A stretch of DNA of 64,000 nt from Macrostomum lignano (Eukaryota): contig NIVC01001983.1 of assembly GCA_002269645.1 (NCBI GenBank), positions 62,001 to 126,000 on the forward strand. The letters are read 5' to 3'. Under the pieces are notes generated by a model that was not told where the DNA came from, searched no databases, and saw only the letters and a list, made by a program, of their open reading frames with translations. Positions 25,477 to 45,874 of the stretch are shown one piece after another; position 1 is the stretch's first letter; every line of letters starts with the position of its first letter. A program made the translations under genes and the position numbers.

Positions 25477-27272
25477 TAACAAGCCAACAATGACAAGAAC
25501 TGTTAGAAAATTGGTCAACATAACTGTATTGGGCACCGTCCGTCTATGTGTCATTCTGTACATGTATGAACGTAAAAAACAGCGTCACAACACACGCTGT
25601 CGAGTTCAAAGGCCTTAATGAGTAAATCCATGATGCGCCCTGCCAGCTGGAATCCATAATACTAAAATATGCCTCTATAGGTTGCACGCAGCTTTCCAAG
25701 TTGATGAACTGCTGAGCGTCTGAGAAATGCAATTAATGTCTTGACAAATTAAAATTGTGTTTATTCGAATGAAAAAAATGGATTAGGATCATTGCACATA
25801 CCAAAATTCAATAAAAAGATAAATATTTGCCAGTATTCTATATAATAGCTAAATGTTTACTGAAATTAACAAACGCTTAAAGATGGTCCATGGACACATA
25901 CTTCGTACATTAAATGTGAGCTTGTGGATCAAACCTCGGACAAAGCCCGCACAATGTGCACATGCTTAATTCCTAAGCAAATTCAAAGGCGGAAAACCAA
26001 AACAATGTCACTATTCTCTGCAAAAACCTGCCACCAGTGAAATTCATTTCATTCATGATTACGCGTTCGTTCTAAATGGCATCCACTTCGAATTCATGCC
26101 TAATTTTTGAATTCTTGTTAGGATACGGTTTACGAAACATCAGCAAATCATGCTGCTTGTGTGCACGTATCGCATTCTGCTGGGTTTAGAATTGGTTAAT
26201 TCGACTCCTTAAATTTCCAAATTTAACTTCGTGTATGTGTAAAACAAACCATACAGACAAAAATACAAATTAGGAAACATTGGTAATCAAAAATTCGGTT
26301 TATGAATTTTAAATAACTTATTTAGAATGGATTCTGTATATAATGTAAAACTCTGTTGTATTACATGGCATGGCATTTTTGCTACGAATTCGATATGCAA
26401 CATTCCTGACTATTTTTCGCAGCACTTAAAATTTTTCTGCTTATTTAAATAGATTTGGATCAAACGCGAAGTAATTCAGAGTAAGTAAGATATATTTCTA
26501 CAAGCTTGTAATTGCTTCAAATAATTATTTTTCTTAGATCATAGTAGGTTCGGAAATAATGGTAGGTTCAGACTCAGAATGTCCTTAAAGTAAGTTCTGA
26601 CGACTCAAAGCCAAAGAGACTAAAAGTTAAAACTTGACAAAAATATCTGTAGTCATAGAAAGTCAACAAAATTGATGCCATGAAACTAAATTAACCAAGC
26701 CATCATTGAAACATTCCAAATATGAAAAGAACTTGCTTTTTTATTTTTCACACATTTTGATATAGCATAATTTTAATAAACATCTGCCCAGAAATCTCAA
26801 AAAAGATATTTAATCTGCAACCAAAACGTAAAAATTCTCCATGAATAATACATCCGTACAAGCAAAATTTAAAAGTAAATTCGATGAACTAATTGAATGT
26901 TATAACTGAACTTATAGATTTGATTATCTGTTATGGACCCATATATTTCTTAAATAAAGGTTTGTTTGTGTTGTTGATTGAATGTCATGATTAAAAATAC
27001 TTAGCTATTGGACATTTGTGCATTCAAAAGTACCATAATGATCATGAAGAATGGCTTTCTTAGGACAATAAACCAGTTAAGTTTATAGTAGATACCTTAT
27101 ATAGAATTAAAAGGCATGCCATTTAAATAAAAAAATGAATTGTATTCAATAATTCAAACAATTTTTTTTCTTTTTAATTTAGCTATCTGCATTTGTCATT
27201 CTGAGTTTCTTTTTATAGATTAGGTTAAGCTAATTTCGAAGGCTAATTTTAATTATGTATTATTATTATTAG

Positions 27273-30200
27273 ATGGCTAGCAGAGGCTCAGCGCTGAGGC
27301 CCGGCACAGCCTCCAGATTGAAAACTGCAATGCGCCCGGAGACAAAGGGCGGCTCGGCAGTTGCCGCAGGAGCCAACGTGCGGGTAAGAATGACTCTTCC
27401 ACGATTCAGCCTTACGCTTTGAGACCATTGACTTATTGGAATTGCATTTTTTCTGCTTTTCTTCCCAAGTTCGAAGATCGGCCCATCACCCAGCAAGGCC
27501 TTGGCGGATTGAAGACCGGCGGCAAAGGCCTCCGACGCCAGCACGAGGACAAGAGCTACTACATCGGCCTGCTGCGCTCCAAGATCAACGAGCTCGCCTC
27601 CGAGATTGGCCAGCTGAAGCAGAGCTTCGAAACCATGGAGGAGGAGAGCAGCAGCTTTGTGCAATACGAGAAGATGGCGGAGACCCTGGCCGGCGACATC
27701 AAAGCGCTGCAGGGCGAGCTGGCTGACTACAACACGCTGGTGGACAAGCTCAACACCGACCAGGATGTGGCCAACATTCAGATGGACTGCGAGGAGCTTC
27801 GAGGCCAAAACGAACGAGAAGAACGCGAACTTGAACGCGTGTTCAGCGAGCGCAAAGAGGCCGAAGCTGCGGTTCGCTCAGTTGAACAGGAGCTGGAGCA
27901 GGAGAGGCGCATGGCTGACAGTCTGGTGCAGCAGATGCAGCCGGCGCAGCAGAGACGCTACCAGCAGTTGAAAGAGGAAAACGGGCAGCTGGCCAAGCAG
28001 CTCGAGTCCGGCCAAGAGGAGCTGGAGGAGCTGCGGCGGCGACGCGGCCACCTGGAGGACGAGCTGGCGCCGAATCCCGTCAAGCAAGAGGCGGTGCGAC
28101 TTAGCGAGCAGCTGCGCGAGGCTGAAGAGAGGCGGGACGGCCTGCTGGAGGAGGCCAGGGCGGCCGGGAACCCGCAGCAGGAGCGGGAGAGACTGCTGGC
28201 TCAGGTGAGACTTTGAGGGAGACTGCTGGCTCGATCAGGTGAGACTTTGAGAGAGACTGCTGGCTCAGGTGAGACTTTGAGAGAGACTGCTGGCTCAGGT
28301 GAGACTTTGAGGGAGACTGCTGGCTCAGGTGAGACTTTGAGAGAGACTGCTGGCTCAGGTGAGACTTTAGGAGAGACTGCTGGCTCAGGTGAGACTTTGA
28401 GGGAGACTGCTGGCTCAGGTGAGACTTTGGAAAAAGATTGAGAGACTGCTGGCTCAGGTGAGACTTTGAGAGAGACCGCTGGCTCAGGTGAGACTTTGAG
28501 AGAGACTGCTGGCTCAGGTGAGACTTTGGAAAAAGATTGAGAGAGACTGCTGGCTCAGGTGAGACTTTGAGAAAGATTGAGAGTGCTTTTAAGTGTACAT
28601 CTGAGAGCCATTGTGCGCATACCGCAAGGAGACTTTCATCTACTGTCCGGCACAGGTAATGATACCAGTATATTTCTCTCCAACAGGTAAAGGAGGACAA
28701 CCAAGAGATCGGCACGATGGAACGGCAAACCAGAGAGGCGGTGGAGCGCCTGCAGATGTTGCAGAGCGAGATCCGAGCCACCGAGCAGGACATCGAGGAC
28801 GTGTCCGGTCAGCGGTCGCAGCAGTACAGGGAGCTGCGAAAACGAGAGGAACAAATGGACGAATTTCTCGGCAGCTACGACTCCACATTCTCAAGCGAGA
28901 AGGCCAAACTGAGCGAGCTGGAGCGCCAGGTCGTGGAACTGCTGGACTTCATCACCAGGAGCATGGGCCGCGTGAGCTCGCTGCCATCGGCCACCGACTT
29001 CCGCTCAATGCAAGACCAGCTGAAGTTCAAAGCCAACGAGAAGGACAAAGCGGACGCGACAGCCGCCAACCTGACTGGCGGCCACGTGAAGGTGCAGCAG
29101 GACCTGCTGAAGATCGACCAGCTGGAGAGGAAAACCACGGAGGAGATTGAGTCGCTGAAAGAGCGAATCAAAGCGATGCAGGACGAGCTGGTTCGCTACG
29201 GCGACATTGGCGGCCTGATGGCCGAGAGCGAGGCGAAGAGGGAGTCGGTAAGGCGGGAACACACTCTGGCCTGCTATGTTTTATAAAAAAAAGTCTAACG
29301 TTTCTATTGTTAGTAGTCTAGTCTGGTTTTCAGCAGATTTATTAAATTGTTTAGGATACCTTGGAATATACAAATGGGTCTCATGTATATCTTGTACAGC
29401 ATCGTATATGTACGAGATTTGCCCTGCTCAGATGTCAATATTCCATAAGGAGGGTTTGATAGTTAATCAGTGCGAGAAAGCAGTGAGATAAATGTTAATT
29501 ACCGAGAAATTTATACGGCTATCAGCCTAGTTGTGTTAGTTGTATTTTATTAAACGGTTTCATTGTAAACAAAAAAGTACCTATTTAAAATGCAGTTTTT
29601 CAAATGAACAAATGTACTGATTGATCTTAATCGAATTGAAGGGTATATAAGTAAGGAAAGGTGATTAAGTAATTAATAATGCAACTCGCAGCTGGCTGTT
29701 GGCACATTTTGAATGAAAAATAATTATTTTGGTTGAATATGAACTACTGTACGATATAGTACTGCTGATAGTAGTAATATTTGTAGCTGAACCGAAAAAT
29801 ATTGAGATTAACATTTCGAATTTCTTTAAAATACTGATCTTTACTTTTTAAAATAATTGGCTGACAGGGAAGTTTCACATAAAAATATGGGTTTACAGAA
29901 AATGACTCAAGTTAGTCTCAGTTCAGTTGGAACTTAGATATTTCGATATTCCTGAACTGCTGATTATCCTGAAGGGTTTCTTGCTCTGAACTCCCTGAAA
30001 TATCTATAACGCTGGACTGCCTGAATTATCTATATAGTGACTATATCCCTGAACTCCTTGGAGTATCTCTAACCCTGAACTCTCTGAACCGCCTGAAGTA
30101 TCTCTAACCCTGAACTCCCTGAAGTATCTCTTACCCTGAACTCCCTGAAGTATCTGTAACCCTGAACTCCCTGAAGTATCTCCAACCCTGAACTCCCTGA

Positions 30201-33200
30201 AGTATCTCCAACCCTGAACTTCCTGAAGTATCTCTAACCCTGAACTTCCTGAAGTATCTCTAACCCTGAACTCCCCGAAGTATCTCTTACCCTGAACTCC
30301 CTGGAGTATCTCTAACCCTGAACTTCCTGAAGTCTAACCCTCAACTCCCTGAAGTATCTCTAACCCTCAACTCCCTGAAGTATCTCTAACCCTAAACTCC
30401 CTGAAGTATCTCTAACCCTAAACTCCCTGAAGTATCTCTAACCCTGAACTTCCTGAAGTATCTCTAACCCTGAACTCCCCGAAGTATCTCTTACCCTGAA
30501 CTCCCTGAAGTATCTCTAACCCTGAACTTCCTGAAGTCTAACCCTCAACTCCCTGAAGTATCTCTAACCCTGAACTCCCTGAAGTATCTCTAACCCTGAA
30601 CTCCCTGAAGTATCTCTTACCCTGAACTCCCTGAAGTATCTGTAACCCTGAACTCCCTGAAGTATCTCCAACCCTGAACTCCCTGAAGTATCTCCAACCC
30701 TGAACTTCCTGAAGTATCTCTAACCCTGAACTTCCTGAAGTATCTCTAACCCTGAACTCCCCGAAGTATCTCTTACCCTGAACTCCCTGGAGTATCTCTA
30801 ACCCTGAACTTCCTGAAGTCTAACCCTCAACTCCCTGAAGTATCTCTAACCCTCAACTCCCTGAAGTATCTCTAACCCTAAACTCCCTGAAGTATCTCTA
30901 ACCCTAAACTCCCTGAAGTATCTCTAACCCTGAACTTCCTGAAGTATCTCTAACCCTGAACTCCCCGAAGTATCTCTTACCCTGAACTCCCTGAAGTATC
31001 TCTAACCCTGAACTTCCTGAAGTCTAACCCTCAACTCCCTGAAGTATCTCTAACCCTGAACTCCCTGAAGTATCTCTAACCCTGAACCCCCTGAAGTATC
31101 TCTAACCCTAAACTCCCTGAAGTATCTCTTACCCTGAACTCCCTGAAGTATCTCTAACCCTGAACTTCCTGAAGTATCTCTAACTCTGAACTCCCTGAAG
31201 TATCTCTAACCCTGAACTTCCTGAAGTATCTCTAACCCTCAACTCCCTGAAGTATCTCTTACCCTGAACTCCCTGAAGTATCTCTTACCCTGAACTCCCT
31301 GAAGTATCTCTTACCCTGAACTCCCTGAAGTATCTCTTACCCTGAACTCCCTGAAGTATCTCCAACCCTGAACTTCCTGAAGTATCTTTAACCCTGAACC
31401 CCCTGAAGATTTCCAAAAACATTTCCCATCACGATTTCCCAATAGCGTCAAGTTTTGCTAGCAAGTCGCTACAAAGCATCCCGAAGGCTGTTAAAGCGGC
31501 TCTCGTTGCGGGCATCAGACCCGGCGCACTTCGGCAGAGGCTGGCAGCGGTGGCCGATGCGGCGACCGAGGCAGAGCAGCGAATATCAGCAGGTAGAGAG
31601 CCAGACAGACCAACACCAGAGCCGCTGCCCCAGCTGACATCCAGGCCATTGTTAACTTGGCAGAGTTGCCGTCCAGTTCGCCAGGTGCACCGGAGAGGAT
31701 CACGACACCGAACACGGCTACAGATACCAGCAGGGCCACAGCTAGGAGCAGCAGAGCCGTGAGCAGGCGGGTCACTCCGCTAGATGAGGCCTCTTCCGGC
31801 TGCTGGCTCACTGACAGCAGCAGCACTTGATACTTAATTAGTTTCTTCATTTCCGCCTTGTCCTGCCCTTATGGTCAGCTGTATTCTCTCGCGAAAAGTT
31901 AGAAAGTATAATTCAAAACCTTCCAAGTCCTGTCACTTTTATGTGGAGCCCTGGCTTGACTTGGGGGTGGGGCTCTCAACCCCTCCCTCCGTTCTCTTTC
32001 CCTTATCTCGCTAAATTGCACATAGCCTCGACTTATATAATATCGATTTTTGCTCTGCAATTCTTCTCGCTCGGGTTATTGCGCAACTCCTCGCTCTGCC
32101 CCTGTCTGCCCCCCCTCTGTGCCATCTCTCTCTTTCTCTTTAGTTCGATTTTTGCACCGAGTTTTCAAAAGTCACAGCGAGAGGGAAGGGTTCAGAACAG
32201 GTCAAGTCCGACATGCATAACTAGTTTTGTTGACACACTGTGGATGAGAGGTTCACGAGCTTCATTTGTCACGAAATCTGTAGGCAAGTCAGAGTTAGGT
32301 TGGGGATGAAATCAGTGTGCAGCAGCGGCAGTGGCTTACAGTGGTAAATTCCCCGAAGGGGGAATTAAAAGAATTCGGTGACAGTCACGACTTGTTATAA
32401 ATACATGAAAATAGAAAAATAAATCTGTTTATTTTCATAGACTAACATAGGCTTCAGGTTCTCGCAATGAGAAGTCTAGATATAATAAGAAGCCTGATGC
32501 TGTGGATTTCAGGCTCAGGTAATATGAAGTTCAGGCAATATAAAGTTCAGGTAATATTAAGTTCAGGTAATAAGAAGTTCAGGTAATAAGAAGTTCAGGT
32601 AATAAGAAGTTCAGGTAATATGAATTTCAGGTAATATAAAGTTCAGGTAATATGAGGTTCAGGTAATATAAAGTTCTGGTAATATGAAGTTCAGGCAAAA
32701 TAAAGTTCAGGTAATATTAAGTTAAGGTAATAAGAAGTTCAGGTAATATGAGGTTCAGGTAATATAAAGTTCAGGTAATATTAAGTTCAGGTAATAAGAA
32801 GTTCAGGTAATATGAATTTCAGGTAATATAAAGTTCAGGTAATATAAAGTTCAGGTAATATGAATTTCAGGTAATAAAAAGTTCAGGTAATATAAAGTTC
32901 AGGTAATATGAGCTTTAATAAGGTTCAGGTAAAGTATATCCCTCCCGAAAATCCGCTCAGCTCGGCAAGGAGCGGGCCGTCCTAGGCCGGCGCCGAGAGC
33001 AGATGAAACGACTCAGCCGCAGCCTCTCCTCCGCCTACGAGACCAAGAAGAAGGAACTGTCCGAGAATGAGAACCATTCTCAACTGAGCAACCTGGAGCG
33101 CAAGTGGCAGCATCACGAGCAGAACAATTTTGTCATGAACGAGTTTATCGCGTCGAAAACGGCTGAGTCCGACACCAGCCTGGTTTCCAGCAAGGTCCTG

Positions 33201-33266
33201 TCGCTGTCTCAGAATCTCAATAGTCGATTAATGCAGAATGCAGCTAAAGCCCAGACTCTGGCCTGA
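27273..33266 (+). CDS. IFT74: Intraflagellar transport protein 74, 570 aa
   Basis: Exons 27273-27383, 27470-28204, 28687-29247 and 32961-33266, all with GT-AG phase-0 introns. Motifs: DRPITQQGLGGLKTGGKG..DKSYYIGLLRSKINEL; KALQGELADYNTLVDK; ENENHSQLSNLERKWQHHEQNNFVMNEFIASK. Confidence 0.95.
28187..28575. repeat. 30-bp tandem repeat built from the IFT74 exon 2/intron 2 junction (GAGAGACTGCTGGCTCAG|GTGAGACTTTGA), about 12 copies
   Basis: The first unit begins in coding sequence (ERLLAQ) and spans the donor site. Confidence 0.95.
30040..31408. repeat. 26-bp minisatellite (CCCTGAACTCCCTGAAGTATCTCTAA) with a 486-bp higher-order duplication, in IFT74 intron 3
   Basis: Variant markers recur at offset 486 (30151/30637 and 30391/30877). 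Confidence 0.96.
31515..31850 (-). CDS. Putative 111-aa two-TM membrane protein nested antisense in IFT74 intron 3
   Basis: GC3-rich ORF with two long hydrophobic segments. In-frame upstream TAA, and a CTAAC branch-like motif with pyrimidine tract and AG shortly upstream of the ATG. No family recognised. Confidence 0.5.
   Translation of the reverse strand: MKKLIKYQVLLLSVSQQPEEASSSGVTRLLTALLLLAVALLVSVAVFGVVILSGAPGELDGNSAKLTMAWMSAGAAALVLVCLALYLLIFAALPRSPHRPPLPASAEVRRV
32512..32932. repeat. 15-bp minisatellite (AAGTTCAGGTAATAT) ending about 30 nt before the IFT74 exon 4 acceptor
   Basis: Tandem copies, each containing TTCAG|GTAA. Confidence 0.93.
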
Positions 33267-33484
33267 CGCTTCATATTTGACTTGATTCTAATATCCTAAT
33301 AGTCGTTTTTGGCTGCTTATCTTTGTCTTTATCTTTGGCTAGCTTAGCTTTAGTTGTTCTGTTGCTTTGATTTGCTTCAAGCTTTTTTATATGGTTAAGG
33401 AAAGATATTTTGAAAAAGAAAAATTACATGTACAAACAGTATACAGTACAGGAAGATCAGTGGTAGGGGAGCGCCAGAGGATTG

Positions 33485-33787
33485 GAAGCCATGGCTTTAT
33501 GCTGATATGGGATAGTAGGGGTCAGAAGCCATAGACTATGCTACGGAGAGAGTCAGTAAGGGTCAGAAGCCAAAGACTATCCTATAGACTATAGACTATG
33601 ATGGAGAAGCCATAGACTATGATACAGAGAAAATCGGTATGTGTCAGAAGTCATAGACTATCCGACGGAGAGAGTCAGTAGGGGTCAGAAGCCATAGACT
33701 ATGCTACGGAAAGGGTCAGAAGGGGTCAGAAGCTATAGACTATGCTACAGAGAATGTCATCAGTAAGGGGTCAGAAGCCATAGACTA
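33485..33787. repeat. ~40-bp satellite (GGTCAGAAGCCATAGACTATGCTACGGAAAGGGTCAGTAGG), left block
   Basis: Same unit and orientation as the block at 35835-36310. Confidence 0.88.
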
Positions 33788-34169
33788 CTGCAATCTATGA
33801 TCACACTTTTCCTCTGTTTCTTTCCGATATCGTTAAAATTGTTTCAACTCTTGCAATAAATTTATTACAAACTGCAAACATAATTGCATGGTCTGGCAAT
33901 ATCCTTATAACAAACTATTTTGTTTTAAACCTTAACAAACATTATTGCAGAAAGCATCTCAGTTTAAATTCAAAGTCAGCAAATTTTTAATTCTCTGTAT
34001 CTCAATTTTCAGTTTGTGATTTATGCAATACATGAAATATACAGAAGTAGAATATTTGCAAACGCTTTTTTATAGACGCAAACGTGTTTATCACTTTAAT
34101 AAATTGCTGAACCAATTAATGTTCAGATGTCTCTAGCAAGTATGCTTTGTGGCAGTGTCTAAAACAAAC

Positions 34170-34224
34170 AAACTAACTAACTAACTGACGGACTGACAAA
34201 CTAATTAACTAAATAACTAAATAT

Positions 34225-34291
<67 letters not shown>

Positions 34292-34361
34292 GCTAACTAA
34301 CTAACTAACTAATTAACTAACTAACTAACTAACTAACCAACTAACTAACTAACTAACTAAT

Positions 34362-34436
<75 letters not shown>

Positions 34437-34437
34437 T

Positions 34438-34490
<53 letters not shown>

Positions 34491-34491
34491 T

Positions 34492-34528
<37 letters not shown>

Positions 34529-34610
34529 TTAACTAACTAACTAACTAACTAACTAACCAACTAACTAACTAACTAACTAATTAACTAACTAACTAACTAA
34601 CTAACTAACC

Positions 34611-34655
<45 letters not shown>

Positions 34656-34734
34656 GCTAACTAGCTAGCTAACTAACTAACTAACTAACTAACTAACCAA
34701 CTAACTAACTAACTAGCTAGCTAACTAACTAACC

Positions 34735-34811
<77 letters not shown>

Positions 34812-34816
34812 GCTAA
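34170..34816. repeat. (TAAC)n microsatellite
   Basis: About 650 bp of near-perfect tetranucleotide repeat. Confidence 0.98.
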
Positions 34817-35834
34817 GTAAATAAGTGACTGGCTGAATAAAAGGGTACAATTCATTTATTTTTTTATTTGTGCCGTCTTCACTCCGTTTCTCTATCTTTA
34901 ATTTTTTTACATTTTTTCACCACACTTCGCGCCCATCTTGTTACTCGTACAATAAATCCCTTATTCTCCTTGGAACTGTCATGAACTGATAATGGCTAAT
35001 CCGTAAATCCTGCATCGATTTAAAATGAAATTCGATTCTCAACAATTCACCCACAGGTAATCCGATAGATAAGCCTATTGCGAAGCGGAACGCTAAGCTT
35101 GTTGAACGAACGAACAAAAATTATTTAAAACAAGTCATTCTCTCAGCCCTTTTGTTTGTCTTGTGAAGCCCAGCCATGCAGGTGATATAATATCATTATT
35201 ATTACTGTTATTACCTGTTGAAATCAGCAATTTACACTGCCGCAAGCCGTCAGGTGAGGCGCGGGACCAGCGGCAGTTAATTAATGTTGAAGCAATTTCT
35301 ATTTGAGTTGTTAAACAAGCAAACGTCAATAGCTCATCAGCGACTTCAGCAAAAGGCCTCGCGCCATTTTAGTGGCTCAAAAAATATGCAATTGCCGTTC
35401 ATCCGCACGCAGTTAGCGTTTTTGAAGCTGCATTTAAAGTAATTGTGGTTATAGAATTTAACAAAGCATGACAGAGAATAACAATGGGAACCTTGGTTTG
35501 TCACTCTACCTAATAATTTGGGGCAATTCTGCCCATAATGCTGACTCCTAAGCTGCTAACAAGCGCGCCAACAGATGATGTAGTAGATTACAAATCTAGA
35601 TTCACAGGAATCTGAAGCTACAAAAGTCATTTTCAATGTTTGTTTCAACCGAAAAAAAATTAACGTTTTATTTTGCGAATTTGCGAATGCTAGGCTACAG
35701 ATAAGAAGATAACAATAATAAATAATAAAACGTGTAAATAAAAACAATGCCCCAGTATCATATTGGAGGCCTGATGTGCTTGGTGCATGCTGCTTGTGCA
35801 ATATAATGTTGACACTAACAGAGTTTTGCTAAAG

Positions 35835-36310
35835 GAGAAGTCAGTAAGGGTCAGAAGCCATAGACTATGATACGGAAAGGGTCAGTAGGTGTCAGAAGCC
35901 ATAGACTATGCTACGGAAAGGGTCAGAAGGGGTCAGAAGCTATAGACTATGCTACAGAGAATGTCATCAGTAAGGGGTCAGAAGCCATAGACTATGATAC
36001 GGGAAAGTCAGTAAGGCTTAGAAGCCATAGACTATGATACGAGAACGTCAGTAGGGGTCAGAAGCCATAGACTATGCTACGGAAAGGGTCAGTAGGTGTC
36101 AGAAGCCATAGACTATGCTACGGAAAGGGTCAGAAGGGGTCAGAAGCTATAGACTATGCTACAGAGAATGTCATCAGTAAGGGGTCAGAAGCCATAGAAG
36201 CCATAGACTATGATACGGGAAAGTCAGTAGGGGTCAGAAGCCATGGACTATGATACGGGAAAGTCAGTAGGGGTCAGAAGCCATGGACTATGCAACAGGA
36301 AAGTCAGAAA
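35835..36310. repeat. ~40-bp satellite, right block
   Basis: Contains a ~100-nt stretch matching 33680-33787 at about 35890 and again at about 36105. Confidence 0.9.
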
Positions 36311-36646
36311 GGGTCATTCGTACTCCTACACGTCTACACTCTTACCCCCGCCTACGCGATCTTCTATTTTTAGGTGTGCCAAAGATGAGTGCCAGTGGCG
36401 CCAAACTGGGCTATCGGGTGCACTAAAATAGCGTCTGCTAGCTGTGCAAACATGAGAGCTAATAAAAGAAATCGTTGCGCTCGTACGAAAAGCCGTGAAA
36501 ATAGTTGGTTAATAACCACGGTAATGTCTGCTGCAGACTATGCTGGTGCGATGCTAAATTCTACCATTGCGATTAAAAAATCATTAGTTTCTTTATTTTT
36601 TGTTTTTATTTGGGAACACAAAAGTTGCTCAAATGTTTCAGAACTC

Positions 36647-45037
<8,391 letters not shown>

Positions 45038-45257
45038 TTCGACAGTTAAAAAAACTGGATGAGGCAAAAAGCGCCGAGAGCTGACAGCAAGTGCACAGTT
45101 TTATGAGGAAATTTTTCATCCAATAACGTCTGTTGAAAGGCTGCATCGTCACGTGATTCGTATCGAACTGGCTGTTGGCTCTCTTGGAAAATTCCCCTGC
45201 CAGTTGACAGGTCACTGCCGACATCAGATACTCATTTTCTCTCGTTTGTAACCAAGC

Positions 45258-45380
45258 TATTCTCTCTACTAGACTGAGTACAGGCATTCTACTAGACTGA
45301 ATACAGACACTCTGCTAGACTGAATACAGACACTCTACTAGACTGAGTACAGGCACTCTACTAGACTGAGTAGACACTCT
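45258..45380. repeat. Short 23-bp tandem repeat (CTACTAGACTGAGTACAGGCACT)
   Basis: About 5 copies upstream of the GPCR start. Confidence 0.8.
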
Positions 45381-45874
45381 ACTTTCATTTGTGCCCCAAA
45401 AAATAGGTCTGGTGGGTCATGTAACTTAAGCTTGTTTTCGAGCTCCCAATCGGATCTAATTGCCGCATTAAAAATTCAAAGGATGCAAGGCCAACCATGC
45501 AATATTGCCATGCAGCGCACTTGTAATGTTTCTCAGACAAGCAAAATGACTGCTCAGGTAAATCAGGCGGAAATCACGCAGAACGGCGCGCTCTGCCAGC
45601 ACGCAACGAGCCATAGATGCACAAATGGGAGTAGATATAATATTCTTACCAGGCTACTTACAGTAGAGTATGTCAAAGACGATCTTTTCAGGGAAGCAGA
45701 AAATCAAGCGCAAATTTTATTGGGAACACAAGGCCATAATTAAATTTTATACTAATCAGAGAGGATAAACTGACGAATGTAGGAAATAATCATAGTGATT
45801 CAAACACGAGTGAATGAGGAGATTCACACAAAAGGGAATTAGGAGATTCACACGAGAAAATCAGGAGATTTACA

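Noticed and set aside
27269-29262. Antisense ORFs over IFT74 (27269..27808, 28101..28793 and others)
   Set aside because: Shadow frames of GC3-rich exons and of the 30-bp repeat.
30040-31408. Telomere-like TAACCC motif in the 26-bp repeat
   Set aside because: Only one hexamer per unit, not tandem TTAGGG, and it is intronic.
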